DNA of 61,562 nucleotides, counting the filler. It is 7 parts of 7 records of this genome, joined end to end, with 100 filler letters (N's around TTAATTAATTAA, not from the genome) between each part and the next. Parts side by side here need not be neighbours in the genome. Positions count along the whole stretch, not along the records: positions 13,592 to 23,159 come from SRR31147125_15146; positions 23,260 to 30,828 come from SRR31147125_15160; 5 more parts are not named here. One strand, written 5' to 3'. Numbering within the stretch: position 1 is the stretch's first letter; every line of letters starts with the position of its first letter. The position numbers were made by a program, and so were the translations under genes. Positions 19,054 to 29,063 of the stretch are shown here, one piece after another. Under the pieces are notes generated by a model. That model saw only the letters and a list, made by a program, of their open reading frames with translations, had not been told where the DNA came from and made no database searches.

Positions 19054-19081
19054 GATGAATTTTGTTGTTAAAATTATGATT

Positions 19082-19146
19082 CAAAAATACATTCGTGAAC
19101 AGGCCAGTACTTAATACAATTTACTGATAGTTGTATACAATTTACT
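19082..19146 (-). promoter_or_regulatory. SDR promoter with AraC-type tandem direct repeats
   Basis: TATTTTTG element (19089-19082); ATACAATTTACT repeated at 19114-19125 and 19135-19146 (21-bp period). Confidence 0.6.
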
Positions 19147-19206
19147 TATTCGTGGAAAAAGGGATTTAGAGCTTTACAAGTTTAGTTTATAAAACGACAC
19201 AGATGC

Positions 19207-19338
19207 ATTATAACGGCCACGTATATGCAAAGCAGGCGATTGCGAGCTTTAAACTTATTAAACCGCTACAATTTTGAAGAGGGCTACAACCGTTGAATTT
19301 ACTACTATCACGCCTATTCTGCATATACATTATTGGCT
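19207..19338 (-). repeat. attC-like imperfect palindrome of about 130 nt after the lipoprotein gene
   Basis: Arms GTATATGCAAAGCAGGCG (19221-19238) and CGCCTATTCTGCATATAC (19311-19328). On the minus strand it begins GCCAAT and ends GTTATAAT, starting about 8 nt after the stop codon. Confidence 0.6.
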
Positions 19339-19346
19339 ACAGTGTT

Positions 19347-20141
19347 TTATTTCAGGTCATTATACACATTTTCAAGTTGTCCGAATTGTAAAAGACTAAA
19401 CTTGTCATTGGGCAAATACATTGTTTCATTTAGTTGATATAAATCCTTAAATGAATCTGTTTTGATATATTTTCCAAGAATTATCAAAGCTTGCTCTCTT
19501 GTAATAGTTTTAGTCTGTTTTAAATTATTCTGCAATTTCCCGTCATATGGCAAATTTGGATTGAAATTTTCTCTTACAATCGGAATAGATGTTACAGTTA
19601 TTTTATCAATATCTGTCTCGGCAAATGCTTGAAAAGCAATATAAATTATATCTCTTTTGGTCTGGTCAACCATATTTTGTACCAAGTCTCCTTTTACAAA
19701 ATCTGTTGACACTCTGATATGTAAAGGATTTTCTGCAATAACCTCCAAATTGTGCCCCTCATAATCATGACTTGCTTCCAACATTGTAAGCACTGTTTCA
19801 TATTTTGGAAAATCAACGGATTGTCCAGTTGGATTTGGTTTGTCTTCTCCAAAAATTTCAACTTTTAAATCAGGAGTAAAACTACTCATTGCCCAAGCTC
19901 TTATGCCACTTTCAGGCAGAAAATCTGGAAGATAAAACGAAATCCATACTTTGTCATAACTTTTTCTACTTGCTCTAATTTCTTTTGAAATCTGTTCAAG
20001 ATCTGATTTATCAACTTTTCCATTTAGTTTTACATCAATCCTGCTAACATTCATGCTCACATCCTCCTTCAAGATTTCATAATTACTTTTTCCGCAAGAA
20101 ATCATTAGAAAGAGAGAGAAAATCATTAAAATCTGTTTCAT
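19347..20141 (-). CDS. Hypothetical lipoprotein, possible cassette cargo
   Basis: Lipobox MISC at residue 16; 264-aa open frame; no recognisable enzyme motif. Confidence 0.75.
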   Translation of the reverse strand: MKQILMIFSLFLMISCGKSNYEILKEDVSMNVSRIDVKLNGKVDKSDLEQISKEIRASRKSYDKVWISFYLPDFLPESGIRAWAMSSFTPDLKVEIFGEDKPNPTGQSVDFPKYETVLTMLEASHDYEGHNLEVIAENPLHIRVSTDFVKGDLVQNMVDQTKRDIIYIAFQAFAETDIDKITVTSIPIVRENFNPNLPYDGKLQNNLKQTKTITREQALIILGKYIKTDSFKDLYQLNETMYLPNDKFSLLQFGQLENVYNDLK

Positions 20142-20219
20142 AACATCTGAAATTATTTGGTTTGTACTAGGTTTAATTGCATTAGAAATAACAGGCTTAT
20201 ATCCGATATAACGTTGGAA

Positions 20220-21644
20220 TTATGGTTCTATAGTAACAATTATTCTTTTGTAGCTTGTTAGTTGAGGTTCTCCTTTATCGGTTACTTGAACAATAAAATG
20301 GGCAGTAACTTTTTCCTCAACTTTTGGAGCTATGATATAGGCCATGTGAGCATTTTCTGTCCCTGAAATTTTAATCAAGTCTTTGTGTGTTCCTGCCTCC
20401 GGATAGTTGAACCATAAAAAGCTAAAGTTGTCGCCATCTGGATCGTGCGTATCAAAGGCATCTAAACCAAATCCATTACCTGATTTTACGGTAATCTGTT
20501 CAGGATGTGTTAATCCAATAACTGGTGCATGGTTAGCTTCCTCGAAGGAGCTTATACACCAGTCCATTCGTGCCGCAAAATCATTTTGGATTTCATCTCT
20601 CCAACGCCATAATGTAGCCTTGTAATCATAAAATTTGGCAGTGTCTTGCTTCACAGGTCGCCCATATTCATTAAAAACATAGGGGGTGTAATTATCGTAT
20701 GCATTTGTCCATATCTCCCTTGTTTCCGGAGCAATGGTAACTATAGATCTTCCTTCTTTCATTTTAGAGAAATCTGGGATAGAGCGTTCGTATCGTCCTC
20801 CCCAACCACCCCACTCAGGGTGTTCAGGATTGTTTAGACCATTTAATATCAGATGCAAAAACGCAGGTGTGTCTCCTTCCATTCCCCATGCAACATCTGG
20901 GTATGCAGCTCCGAGCGGACCATGCCCCTGCTGAATATTTTCTGTAAGCCAGGTATTGCTAATTTCACTGTTATCGATACCTTTTATGAAGGTATTTATA
21001 CCTGTCCATGTTACGGTACTATAATCATCTCCCGGACTAACAATATAAAATAGATTTGGAAAATTGTTTCTAATCCAGATACCACTGTCGTCCTGATCTG
21101 AAATGGTATAAACCCTTAATTTTGAAATTAATGCTTTTTGCTCTTTTGCTGTTTTTGTTGATTTAATTTTATGTAACGCCTGGGCTAGCGTATTTGCACC
21201 TCCCCAAACAGAAATCCATAATGGCCGGTCATCGTCTTTTTCAAGTTCCTGTATTATCCAATCAGAACCTTCCGAATCTTTATCATCACCTACTCCTAGC
21301 ATGCCATAAAGTGGGAGTCCTTCTTTTATAAGACTAAATAATACTTCAGCTTCCGGATAATCGGCTTTATGTTTTAGAAGATTGGATTGCACTTTTTCAT
21401 AAGCCTGAACAATTCTTTTTATTGATTCCGGATTTACTTCATCCCTATGCCAACACGATGTTGTGGCAACCAAACCTTTAATATCGATTTCGTTGGAATA
21501 CAAAAATAACCGAACTAGAGATTGCGTGTCATCGGGATCAGCTTCAATATCCGTTAGAATAATAACTCTGTGTTTTTCATCATTTTGTCCGAATGTGGAA
21601 TTTATTGATAAGAGAAAAATCAATGGAAAGATTAAGGTTCGCAT
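20220..21644 (-). CDS. DUF1593 / Sde182 nucleoside-hydrolase-like secreted protein
   Basis: RVIILTDIEADPDDTQSLVRLFLYSNE, WGGANTLAQAL, SDQDD, EGDTP, GGWGGRY, NDFAARMDW; C-terminal Ig-like domain (DPDGD). Confidence 0.9.
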   Translation of the reverse strand: MRTLIFPLIFLLSINSTFGQNDEKHRVIILTDIEADPDDTQSLVRLFLYSNEIDIKGLVATTSCWHRDEVNPESIKRIVQAYEKVQSNLLKHKADYPEAEVLFSLIKEGLPLYGMLGVGDDKDSEGSDWIIQELEKDDDRPLWISVWGGANTLAQALHKIKSTKTAKEQKALISKLRVYTISDQDDSGIWIRNNFPNLFYIVSPGDDYSTVTWTGINTFIKGIDNSEISNTWLTENIQQGHGPLGAAYPDVAWGMEGDTPAFLHLILNGLNNPEHPEWGGWGGRYERSIPDFSKMKEGRSIVTIAPETREIWTNAYDNYTPYVFNEYGRPVKQDTAKFYDYKATLWRWRDEIQNDFAARMDWCISSFEEANHAPVIGLTHPEQITVKSGNGFGLDAFDTHDPDGDNFSFLWFNYPEAGTHKDLIKISGTENAHMAYIIAPKVEEKVTAHFIVQVTDKGEPQLTSYKRIIVTIEP

Positions 21645-21784
21645 AGTAGTTAATTTTGTTAATGAATTTTACAAAGAAAGAATATTCAATTAAATGTTCT
21701 TATTGTCTTGAATGAATTGTAATATCAATAGCAGATAATTTTTAGCTTTTATTTAATGGATTTGAGGGGATTTAAATATGTGAA

Positions 21785-21882
21785 AAGTTAGAAGCCGGAT
21801 GTGGGAAGTGGGAAGTTGGAGGTTAGATGGATGCTAAAATATTGCATTTCAAATCTTCCCGCTTCTAACTTCCATCTTCCTG
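21785..21882. repeat. Heptamer-repeat inverted array in intergenic DNA
   Basis: AAGTTAG/AAGCCGG/ATGTGGG/AAGTGGG/AAGTTGG/AGGTTAG followed by complementary CTTCCCG/CTTCTAA/CTTCCAT/CTTCCTG. Confidence 0.65.
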
Positions 21883-21913
21883 CCAGATTTTTATAGAAAC
21901 TTTTCAAATTGCA

Positions 21914-23159
21914 TTATGGTGCCTCATAACTATTAGCCTTTAAAAAGTTGATCAGTAGCCTCATATTTTCAATATATGTTTCAGTAGAAATGTATTCCTG
22001 CTCCGATTCATCCCGATATGGCGAAGTATCTGTTTCATCTCCAACAAACGTTTGTGCATATTTATCTGTTAGCTCTGCTTTTTTGCCGTCCCCAATATAT
22101 GGATTGCTCGTCATAACATGCTTCGTTAACCACCTGTGCTGCTCGTCGAGATTATTAATTATTTCTTTTACTTGTTCAATAGTCGGGATATCATCAAAAT
22201 ATTCGCGATTTAGATTGTAATATTTTTGTGGTGTAACATCACCGGAAAATTTACCTGGTTTCAACGGTGAATCTTGCGCCACATTTTCAGGTGAAATATC
22301 TTTTAATCGATTGTATTCTTGTTTTAGTGTTTCAAAAGGTATTGTTCTTTTGCTGTACGAATGCACAATTAGATTTTCAGGAATAAAATCATGATAATAA
22401 AGACCGGAACTAACATTTGAACCTTTACGGTGCACAAAGATGGGTTTCCCGGTTTCAATATCGATGTAATACGGGTGATTGTATTTTCCATTTTCTGTTA
22501 GGTGGTCAGGTAATTTTGTTTTTTCGAGCCAATCAATTGTTTTTGGTATTGGATTTATAAACTTTTCATCTCCTGTTAACTCGTAAAATTTTAATAGTTG
22601 AATGGCATTCTGACATGTAATTTTAGGAACCAATGCATTGGGTTCATAAGAGCGTGCTGCTGCTGGCTTTAAATCCATATTGTATTGGTGCGCCCAACCA
22701 CCAGTAGAATGTTGTGTTAATAAATAAAAGTCCATCCCTCTTTTTATTGGCGCCAGAAAACGTTCTTCGCCCAATGTTTCATAACATTGAATTAAGAATA
22801 ATATATTCTGCCATATAACTTCGTCGTTATAGGTGTAGTACGATGAATAATCCGGATTTCCATTTTTTTGAATTCATCCTTTATCGGATATCGCTGTGGC
22901 CATCCTCCCAGTGGATATTGACTTTCAAGAATAAAATCGATTGCTTTGTCCAAAGCGGGTTTATATTCCGGAGAAAGTTCTTCCAGGTACATTCGTAATA
23001 AAAAACGGGCAGCATCAGGAGTTGTATTATCATCAAAAGTTGAATTTCCATAGTAATGCTGAAATTCTTCGAGTCGCCACCCATTTTTACCAATTGTGTT
23101 GTACCAGTTTTTAAGGGAACGGTCTCCTCCAAAATCAATCATGTAATTCCACCCACCTT
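21914..23159 (-). CDS. pelA: PL10-family pectate lyase, 5'-truncated by the contig end, frameshift at T-run near 22863-22869
   Basis: STFDDNTT, QYPLGGWPQRYP and GGWAHQY..PAAARSYEP. Adding one A restores EFKKNGNPDYSSYYTYNDEVI and joins both ORFs. Confidence 0.85.
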
Positions 23160-23259
23160 NNNNNNNNNNNNNNNNNNNNNNNNNNNNNNNNNNNNNNNNN
23201 NNNTTAATTAATTAANNNNNNNNNNNNNNNNNNNNNNNNNNNNNNNNNNNNNNNNNNNN
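23160..23259. other. Artificial contig linker
   Basis: Ns + TTAATTAATTAA. Confidence 0.98.
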
Positions 23260-23856
23260 GCCGCCGGCCAGGAACCACTTGAGCGCTTCGTTTTTGCTCA
23301 GTCTCTCGTTTTCCTCTTTGTATCGGGAGAGATCCTTCTGGAGCAACTCGACAGACGTCAGGGCATCGGCCAGGTCTTCCTTGGTCTTGATTACATCGGC
23401 GGTATCAGACTGGAGGGTGGTATACTGGTCATGTATCGTATCGCGGTCGGCGATGCAGGCCTTGAACTGTTCCTCGATTTCGGCGCGCTGAGAGGTCATC
23501 CCAGCCAAACGCTGATTCAAATCGTCATTGATCCGGGTAAGCTCGACTTTCTCGCTCTCGAGCAGCTCAACCAGTTGCCCCAGCGGCGGCTTGTCACTCA
23601 AATAACGGGTCAGCACCCACCCCTGCTTACCGTTTTCGGTACGTACCTGCGACCAATCTTCCTGCTGCTCCAGCAGCTCGACCGGGGTACCGTCCCTGAT
23701 CACCGAAACGATTTTGAAATCAGTCCCCTGTCCGCGCCGCATGGTAATTTCGGAACTCGGCTTAACCCACAGCGTCTCGGCCACGACCGAACTGCACAGC
23801 AGGAGGATGAGGAAAGAGGCAAAGAAAACTATCGTCGGTCGTGTATTCAACATCAT
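23260..23856 (-). CDS. TIGR04211-like SH3-domain membrane-anchored protein, 3'-truncated
   Basis: Signal peptide; ITMRRGQGTDFKIV..WSQVRTENGKQGWV SH3b; coiled coil; KWFLAGG begins the TM helix. Confidence 0.88.
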
Positions 23857-23949
23857 GGCAAACAGATCCGGTAGAGGGAAAAATGGGCACAGTACAGAAT
23901 CAACCTATCCGGTTCAGTCCATTTTGGCAATATTTCTCTGCATCTACGC

Positions 23950-23983
23950 AGGAGAAGACCGGCAGGTTCACCGGCCTTCTCCT
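23950..23983 (-). terminator. Hairpin terminator after the acyl-CoA synthetase
   Basis: AGGAGAAGACCGG..CCGGCCTTCTCCT. Confidence 0.5.
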
Positions 23984-24000
23984 TTACGCTCGGGAGTACG

Positions 24001-25602
24001 TCAGCTAATGCGTTTTCTCCCCGCCCACTCCCTGTCCCGGAGCCTGAACTTCTGGATCTTGCCGGTTGCGGTCTTGGGAAGTTCGCCGAACTCGATGTAT
24101 TTCGGCGCCTTGAACCGGGCCAGATGCTCCTTCGTGAAATTGATAATGTCCTCTGCCTCCGGTGAACAGCCCGGCTTGGGGACGATAAAAGCCTTTGGAA
24201 CCTCCCCCCATTTGTCATCGGGAACCGGAACAACGGCGACCTCCTGAACATCTGGGTGACGGTAGATCACGGACTCTACCTCCACCGTCGAGATGTTTTC
24301 CCCGCCGCTGATGATAATATCCTTTTTGCGGTCCATGATCTGTATGTATTCGTCAGGGTGCATCACTGCAAGATCTCCGCTGTGAAACCAGCCTCCCGCG
24401 AACGCCTCGGCAGTCGCCGCTTCGTCCTTGTAATAGCCGAGCATCACGTTGTTGCCGCGCATCACCACCTCACCCATCGTAACACCGTCACGGGCCACTG
24501 GCTCCATGGTCTCGGAATCGACCACATCCATAAAGTGAGTCACGATATACGGAACCCCCTGGCGCGATTTCACCGTCGCGCGCTGATCGTCATCAAGCTC
24601 ATCCCAGTCGGGCTGCCACGCGCACACGCTGTGAGGACCGAACACCTCGGTCAACCCGTAGGTGTGGGTTATCTCGGCGCCGATTTCCTCCATGTTCCTG
24701 ATGATCGTCGGGGCCGGCGGGGCACCAGCGGTCATGATGTTGATGGTTCGGGAGATGTTGACCTCCCTCGCGCCGGGCCAGGTGCTCATCATGATCAGCA
24801 CGGTCGGGGCCGCGCAGAGATGCGAAACCTGCTCCTCCTCGACCAGCCGGTAAATATCTTCGGCCACCACCGCCCGCAGACAGACATGGGTCGCCCCGAC
24901 AGCGGTCACTCCCCACGTAAAACACCAGCCGTTGCAGTGAAACATCGGCAGGGTCCACAGGTATACGGATTGCGCATTCAGCCCGGATTCGAGCACCTCA
25001 CCGATCGCGTTGAGATAGGCCCCCCGGTGATGGTACATGACTCCTTTCGGACGTCCGGTCGTACCGCTCGTGTAGTTGATCGTGATCAACTGGTCTTCTG
25101 ACTCGATATCCGCCACGATCGGTTCAGGCGAACCGGTGGTGAGAAATTCCTCGTATTCAAGCTCACCATGTGCCCGCTCATCACTCACATCGCAGACATT
25201 GATGAAGGTCTCGACCCTCGGCAGATTGGCTGGTTCCACCAGGGGTGCGAATTCGCTGTCGACGACCACCACTTTCGCATCTGAATGGTCGACGATATAC
25301 GAGACCTCTCCGGCGGAGAGTCTGATATTGATACTGACCAGCGCCGCCCCGAGCATCGGGACCGCATAGTGGGCTTCAAGCATCGGCGGAATATTGGGAC
25401 AGATAAAAGCGACCTTGTCACCCGTGCCGACGCCGATCTTCTGCAGCGCGGAAGCAAGTCTGTATACCCGCTCACCGAACTCCCGGTAGCTGTACCGTTT
25501 ATCACCGTGAACAACGGCCGTCTTCTCGGGATACACGGTGAAGCTTCTGGTGAGGAAATCAACGGGGGTGAGGATAGATTTGTTTACACCGGACATGACC
25601 AT
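24001..25602 (-). CDS. AMP-forming acyl-CoA synthetase (fatty-acid/short-chain CoA ligase)
   Basis: YTSGTTGRPKG, LPMFHCNGW, YGLTE, WFHSGD, DRKKDIIISGGENI, PKTATGK; AAAGGAG RBS. Confidence 0.93.
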   Translation of the reverse strand: MVMSGVNKSILTPVDFLTRSFTVYPEKTAVVHGDKRYSYREFGERVYRLASALQKIGVGTGDKVAFICPNIPPMLEAHYAVPMLGAALVSINIRLSAGEVSYIVDHSDAKVVVVDSEFAPLVEPANLPRVETFINVCDVSDERAHGELEYEEFLTTGSPEPIVADIESEDQLITINYTSGTTGRPKGVMYHHRGAYLNAIGEVLESGLNAQSVYLWTLPMFHCNGWCFTWGVTAVGATHVCLRAVVAEDIYRLVEEEQVSHLCAAPTVLIMMSTWPGAREVNISRTINIMTAGAPPAPTIIRNMEEIGAEITHTYGLTEVFGPHSVCAWQPDWDELDDDQRATVKSRQGVPYIVTHFMDVVDSETMEPVARDGVTMGEVVMRGNNVMLGYYKDEAATAEAFAGGWFHSGDLAVMHPDEYIQIMDRKKDIIISGGENISTVEVESVIYRHPDVQEVAVVPVPDDKWGEVPKAFIVPKPGCSPEAEDIINFTKEHLARFKAPKYIEFGELPKTATGKIQKFRLRDREWAGRKRIS

Positions 25603-25818
25603 CGAGATTCTCCTTTCAAAAGTTATGGCGGAGGCAGGTACGGATAGGTCCGACCCTGGGACCACCCTCTCCCTGCCGCCTGTCTGCGATACTGATCCGT
25701 TTACCTGTTACAAGAGCAAAACTAAAACCGGCAGAACAATGCACCGTACCCGACATTTTAACAACGACATCATCCGGCCCCATCACACCGTCAGGTACAG
25801 TGCAAAATAAAAAAATCT

Positions 25819-25876
25819 TTGACAAATATACCCAATTATTATCTAGTGAAAACAAAAAACCGAGCGAGCGCTCGGT
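25819..25876 (+). promoter_or_regulatory. Sigma-70 promoter and downstream palindromic operator
   Basis: TTGACA-N17-TCTAGT, then perfect inverted repeat ACCGAGCG-AG-CGCTCGGT (25859-25876). Confidence 0.55.
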
Positions 25877-25961
25877 AGATTTTTGTTCATCCAGGCTGGC
25901 CGTTCATTGTATAGCCTTGAGATTCATAAAAAAACCTAACTTTCGAGGAGGAGTTTCAGGT

Positions 25962-27716
25962 ATGGAAAATCTGTACAGAGAAGTTATGGATCTGAACATG
26001 ATGGAGGACAATGAGCAGAAGGAGGCAGTCGCCAAGGCGTTTTTTGAAAAACTCAACCACATGGAAACGCCCGAGTACTTCAACTGGGCCGGCGAGATAT
26101 TCGACGGGCTGCATGTGAAGGAGCGCGGTGACAAGCAAGCCCTTATCTGGGTGGATATCCATACCAAGGAAAACAAGAATTTCACCTACAGCGAATTCGC
26201 CGAGAATGGAAACAAGGTACTGAATAAGCTCCGCGGGGCCGGTGTGACGAAGGGCGACAACCTCTACATGATGGTTCCCATCGTCCCGGAAACCTGGTTC
26301 TCCACCTATGCCTGCGTGAAAGGCGGTATCGTCAATGTTCCAACCGCCACGACCATGACCCTGCGCGAGATGGAATTCCGCTTCCAGACCTACGAACCCA
26401 ACTGCGTGATTGCAGCCGAAAGCTTTGCCGACCTGATCGACGAAGCGCTCGAGCAGACCAAAGCGCAGCCCAAAATCAAGATCGTGCTCGGCAGCAAGCC
26501 TGGCTGGATCAGCTTCGATGATCTGGCCGGTGAATCGGGGGAAGCCGAGCCGGCAGACACGAAAGCAGATGATACGATCTTCTGTTTCTTCACCTCCGGC
26601 ACAACGGGGCTGCCGAAACGGGTCGGTCACACCGCCTTTTCCTACCCCGTCGGACATCTCTCCACTGCGGTGATGGCCGGTATCAGGACAGACGACATCC
26701 ACCATAACCTGAGCGCGCCCGGCTGGGCAAAATGGGCCTGGAGCTCGTTTTTCGCGCCGCTCAATGTCGGTGCAACCGGAACCGGCTTCAATTTCACCGC
26801 GCTGGACGGCATGGCCTACATGGAATGTCTGACGAAATACAAGGTATCGGTGTTCTGCTCCCCCACCGCGTGGCGGGTGTTCATCAACCTCGATACGTCG
26901 GGCTTCGATTTCTCCAATCTGCGACAGTCCATCGGTGCCGGTGAACCGCTGAACCCGGAAGTCATCACCCAGTGGGAGAAGCTCACCGGGACCTACATCC
27001 GCGATTTCTACGGCCAGACCGAATCCACTGCGATGATCGGCAACGCGCCGTGGATGAAAGGCAAGATGCGCAAGGGCTCATTCGGCGCCCCGTCGTTCAT
27101 GTACGATGTCGCACTGGTCGACGACGACGGCAACGAAGTCACCCAGGCCGACGAACCCGGACACATCGTCGTGCGGCTCGATCGCTGGCGGGCGATCGGC
27201 CTGTTCACCGAATATATCGGCAACCCGGAGAAAATGGCCGGGGTGTTCATCGACAATTATTACTACACCGGTGATCGCGGTTCCATCGACCAGGACGGCT
27301 ACTGGTGGTTCGTGGGTCGCAGCGACGACGTGATCAAATCGTCCGACTATCGCGTCGGCCCGTTCGAGGTCGAGAGTGCGCTGATGGAACACGACGCAGC
27401 CGCCGAAGTCGCCGTCGTCGGCGTACCCGATGAGAAACGGCACCAGCTCGTCAAGGCGTTTGTCATCCTGAAGCAGGGTGAGGAGCCGTCGCGAGAGCTG
27501 GCACTTGATATGTTCCAGCATACCATCGAGATCCTCGCCAAATTCAAGATCCCGCGCATTATCGAATTTGTGCCCGAGGTACCGAAAACCCTCAGCGGCA
27601 AGATACGAAGAGTCGAGCTGCGGGAGCGGGAGACCGAGCGGCAGCAGGAGCAGGGAGCTTCGCCGGCACAGGAGTACTACTACTGGGATTTCTCGGAACT
27701 CAGCTCTAAAAAGTAA
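25962..27716 (+). CDS. AMP-forming short/medium-chain acyl-CoA synthetase (ACSM-like)
   Basis: FTSGTTGLPK, PGWAKWAWS, GEPLNPE, YGQTE, GRSDDVIKSS, PKTLSGKIRR; GGAGGAG RBS. Confidence 0.93.
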   Translation: MENLYREVMDLNMMEDNEQKEAVAKAFFEKLNHMETPEYFNWAGEIFDGLHVKERGDKQALIWVDIHTKENKNFTYSEFAENGNKVLNKLRGAGVTKGDNLYMMVPIVPETWFSTYACVKGGIVNVPTATTMTLREMEFRFQTYEPNCVIAAESFADLIDEALEQTKAQPKIKIVLGSKPGWISFDDLAGESGEAEPADTKADDTIFCFFTSGTTGLPKRVGHTAFSYPVGHLSTAVMAGIRTDDIHHNLSAPGWAKWAWSSFFAPLNVGATGTGFNFTALDGMAYMECLTKYKVSVFCSPTAWRVFINLDTSGFDFSNLRQSIGAGEPLNPEVITQWEKLTGTYIRDFYGQTESTAMIGNAPWMKGKMRKGSFGAPSFMYDVALVDDDGNEVTQADEPGHIVVRLDRWRAIGLFTEYIGNPEKMAGVFIDNYYYTGDRGSIDQDGYWWFVGRSDDVIKSSDYRVGPFEVESALMEHDAAAEVAVVGVPDEKRHQLVKAFVILKQGEEPSRELALDMFQHTIEILAKFKIPRIIEFVPEVPKTLSGKIRRVELRERETERQQEQGASPAQEYYYWDFSELSSKK

Positions 27717-27832
27717 ACGAGTGGATGGAGAAGAGGGAGGAAACTCCGTCAGGGCCAAGCCGGACCGGACCTGACGGAGCACGTGAACGTATTGAACCGG
27801 CAACCTGAAAAAAAGGGTGCGGAGTATCAACC

Positions 27833-28978
27833 ATGAAATTTGAACTGAACGAAGAGCAGAACCTCATACGTGAAACCGTGAGGGATTTCGCAGAAACGGA
27901 GATCGCCCCCAGTGCAGCAGAGCGAGACGAAGAGGAACGATTCGACCGGGATCTGATGTTCGGCTCCCTGGCCGAGCTGGGGCTCACCGGAATCGTGTTT
28001 CCTGAAGAATACGGCGGTGCCGGTGCGGATTACATCAGCTACGCGATCGCCGTCGAGGAGCTTTCGCGCGTCTGCGCCTCCACCGGCGTGACCCTGTCGG
28101 CCCACCTCTCCCTCGGAGCCAACCCGATATACCTGTTCGGCACCGAGGAGCAGAAGCAGCAGTTTCTCGCACCGCTTGCCACCGGTGAGAAAATGGGCGC
28201 ATTCGGACTGACCGAACCCTCCGCCGGATCGGACGCAGGCTCCACCAAAGCCACGGCCATCAGAGATGGCGACAACTGGATTCTCAATGGAACAAAAATA
28301 TTCATCACCAATGCAGGTGAAGCCGAGACCTATGTGGTGCTTGCACGGACCGACAAGGAGGCGAAGAAGCACCACGGAATCAGCGCGTTCATCGTTTCCA
28401 AGGGCACCGATGGATTCAGCTTTGGCAAAAAAGAGAAGAAACTCGGCATTAGATCCTCACCGACCATGGAAATCGTCTTTGAAAACTGCCGGATTCCTGG
28501 TACAAATCTGCTCGGTGAAGAAGGAGAGGGCTTCAAGGTCGCGATGAAGACGCTGGACGGCGGCCGTATCGGTATCGCGTCCCAAGCGCTCGGCATTGCA
28601 CAGGGCGCTCTGGAACAGGCAGTTTCATACGCAAAAGAGCGGAAGCAGTTCGACAGACCAATCACCGCGTTTCAGGGTGTTTCCTTCCAGCTGGCCGACA
28701 TGGCGACGCAGATCGAAGCGTCGAGACTGCTCGTCTATAACGCAGCCTATCGTGCCAGTGCCGGATTGCCCTACTCACAGGCATCGGCTATGGCCAAACT
28801 GATGGCCAGCGAAACGGCCATGAAGGTCACGACCCAGGCTGTTCAGATCCTGGGTGGTTACGGCTATACGCGCGAGTTTCCGGTGGAACGGATGATGCGT
28901 GATGCCAAGATCACCGAGATTTATGAGGGGACAAGCGAAATTCAGCGGTTGGTAATCGGAGCATCCCTCACCCGCTGA
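27833..28978 (+). CDS. Acyl-CoA dehydrogenase (butyryl-CoA dehydrogenase-like)
   Basis: [45 protein letters not shown]. Confidence 0.95.
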   Translation: MKFELNEEQNLIRETVRDFAETEIAPSAAERDEEERFDRDLMFGSLAELGLTGIVFPEEYGGAGADYISYAIAVEELSRVCASTGVTLSAHLSLGANPIYLFGTEEQKQQFLAPLATGEKMGAFGLTEPSAGSDAGSTKATAIRDGDNWILNGTKIFITNAGEAETYVVLARTDKEAKKHHGISAFIVSKGTDGFSFGKKEKKLGIRSSPTMEIVFENCRIPGTNLLGEEGEGFKVAMKTLDGGRIGIASQALGIAQGALEQAVSYAKERKQFDRPITAFQGVSFQLADMATQIEASRLLVYNAAYRASAGLPYSQASAMAKLMASETAMKVTTQAVQILGGYGYTREFPVERMMRDAKITEIYEGTSEIQRLVIGASLTR

Positions 28979-29063
28979 GCGAACTGGCTGTCCGAAGAAC
29001 GACTGCATGCATCACGCACAGGTCGTTCCAGGGGCAGCCTCCAGAACGAAAGGAAGGATGAGC

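Noticed and set aside
18464-19114. 216-aa ORF antisense to the SDR gene
   Set aside because: Antisense shadow with no recognisable features.
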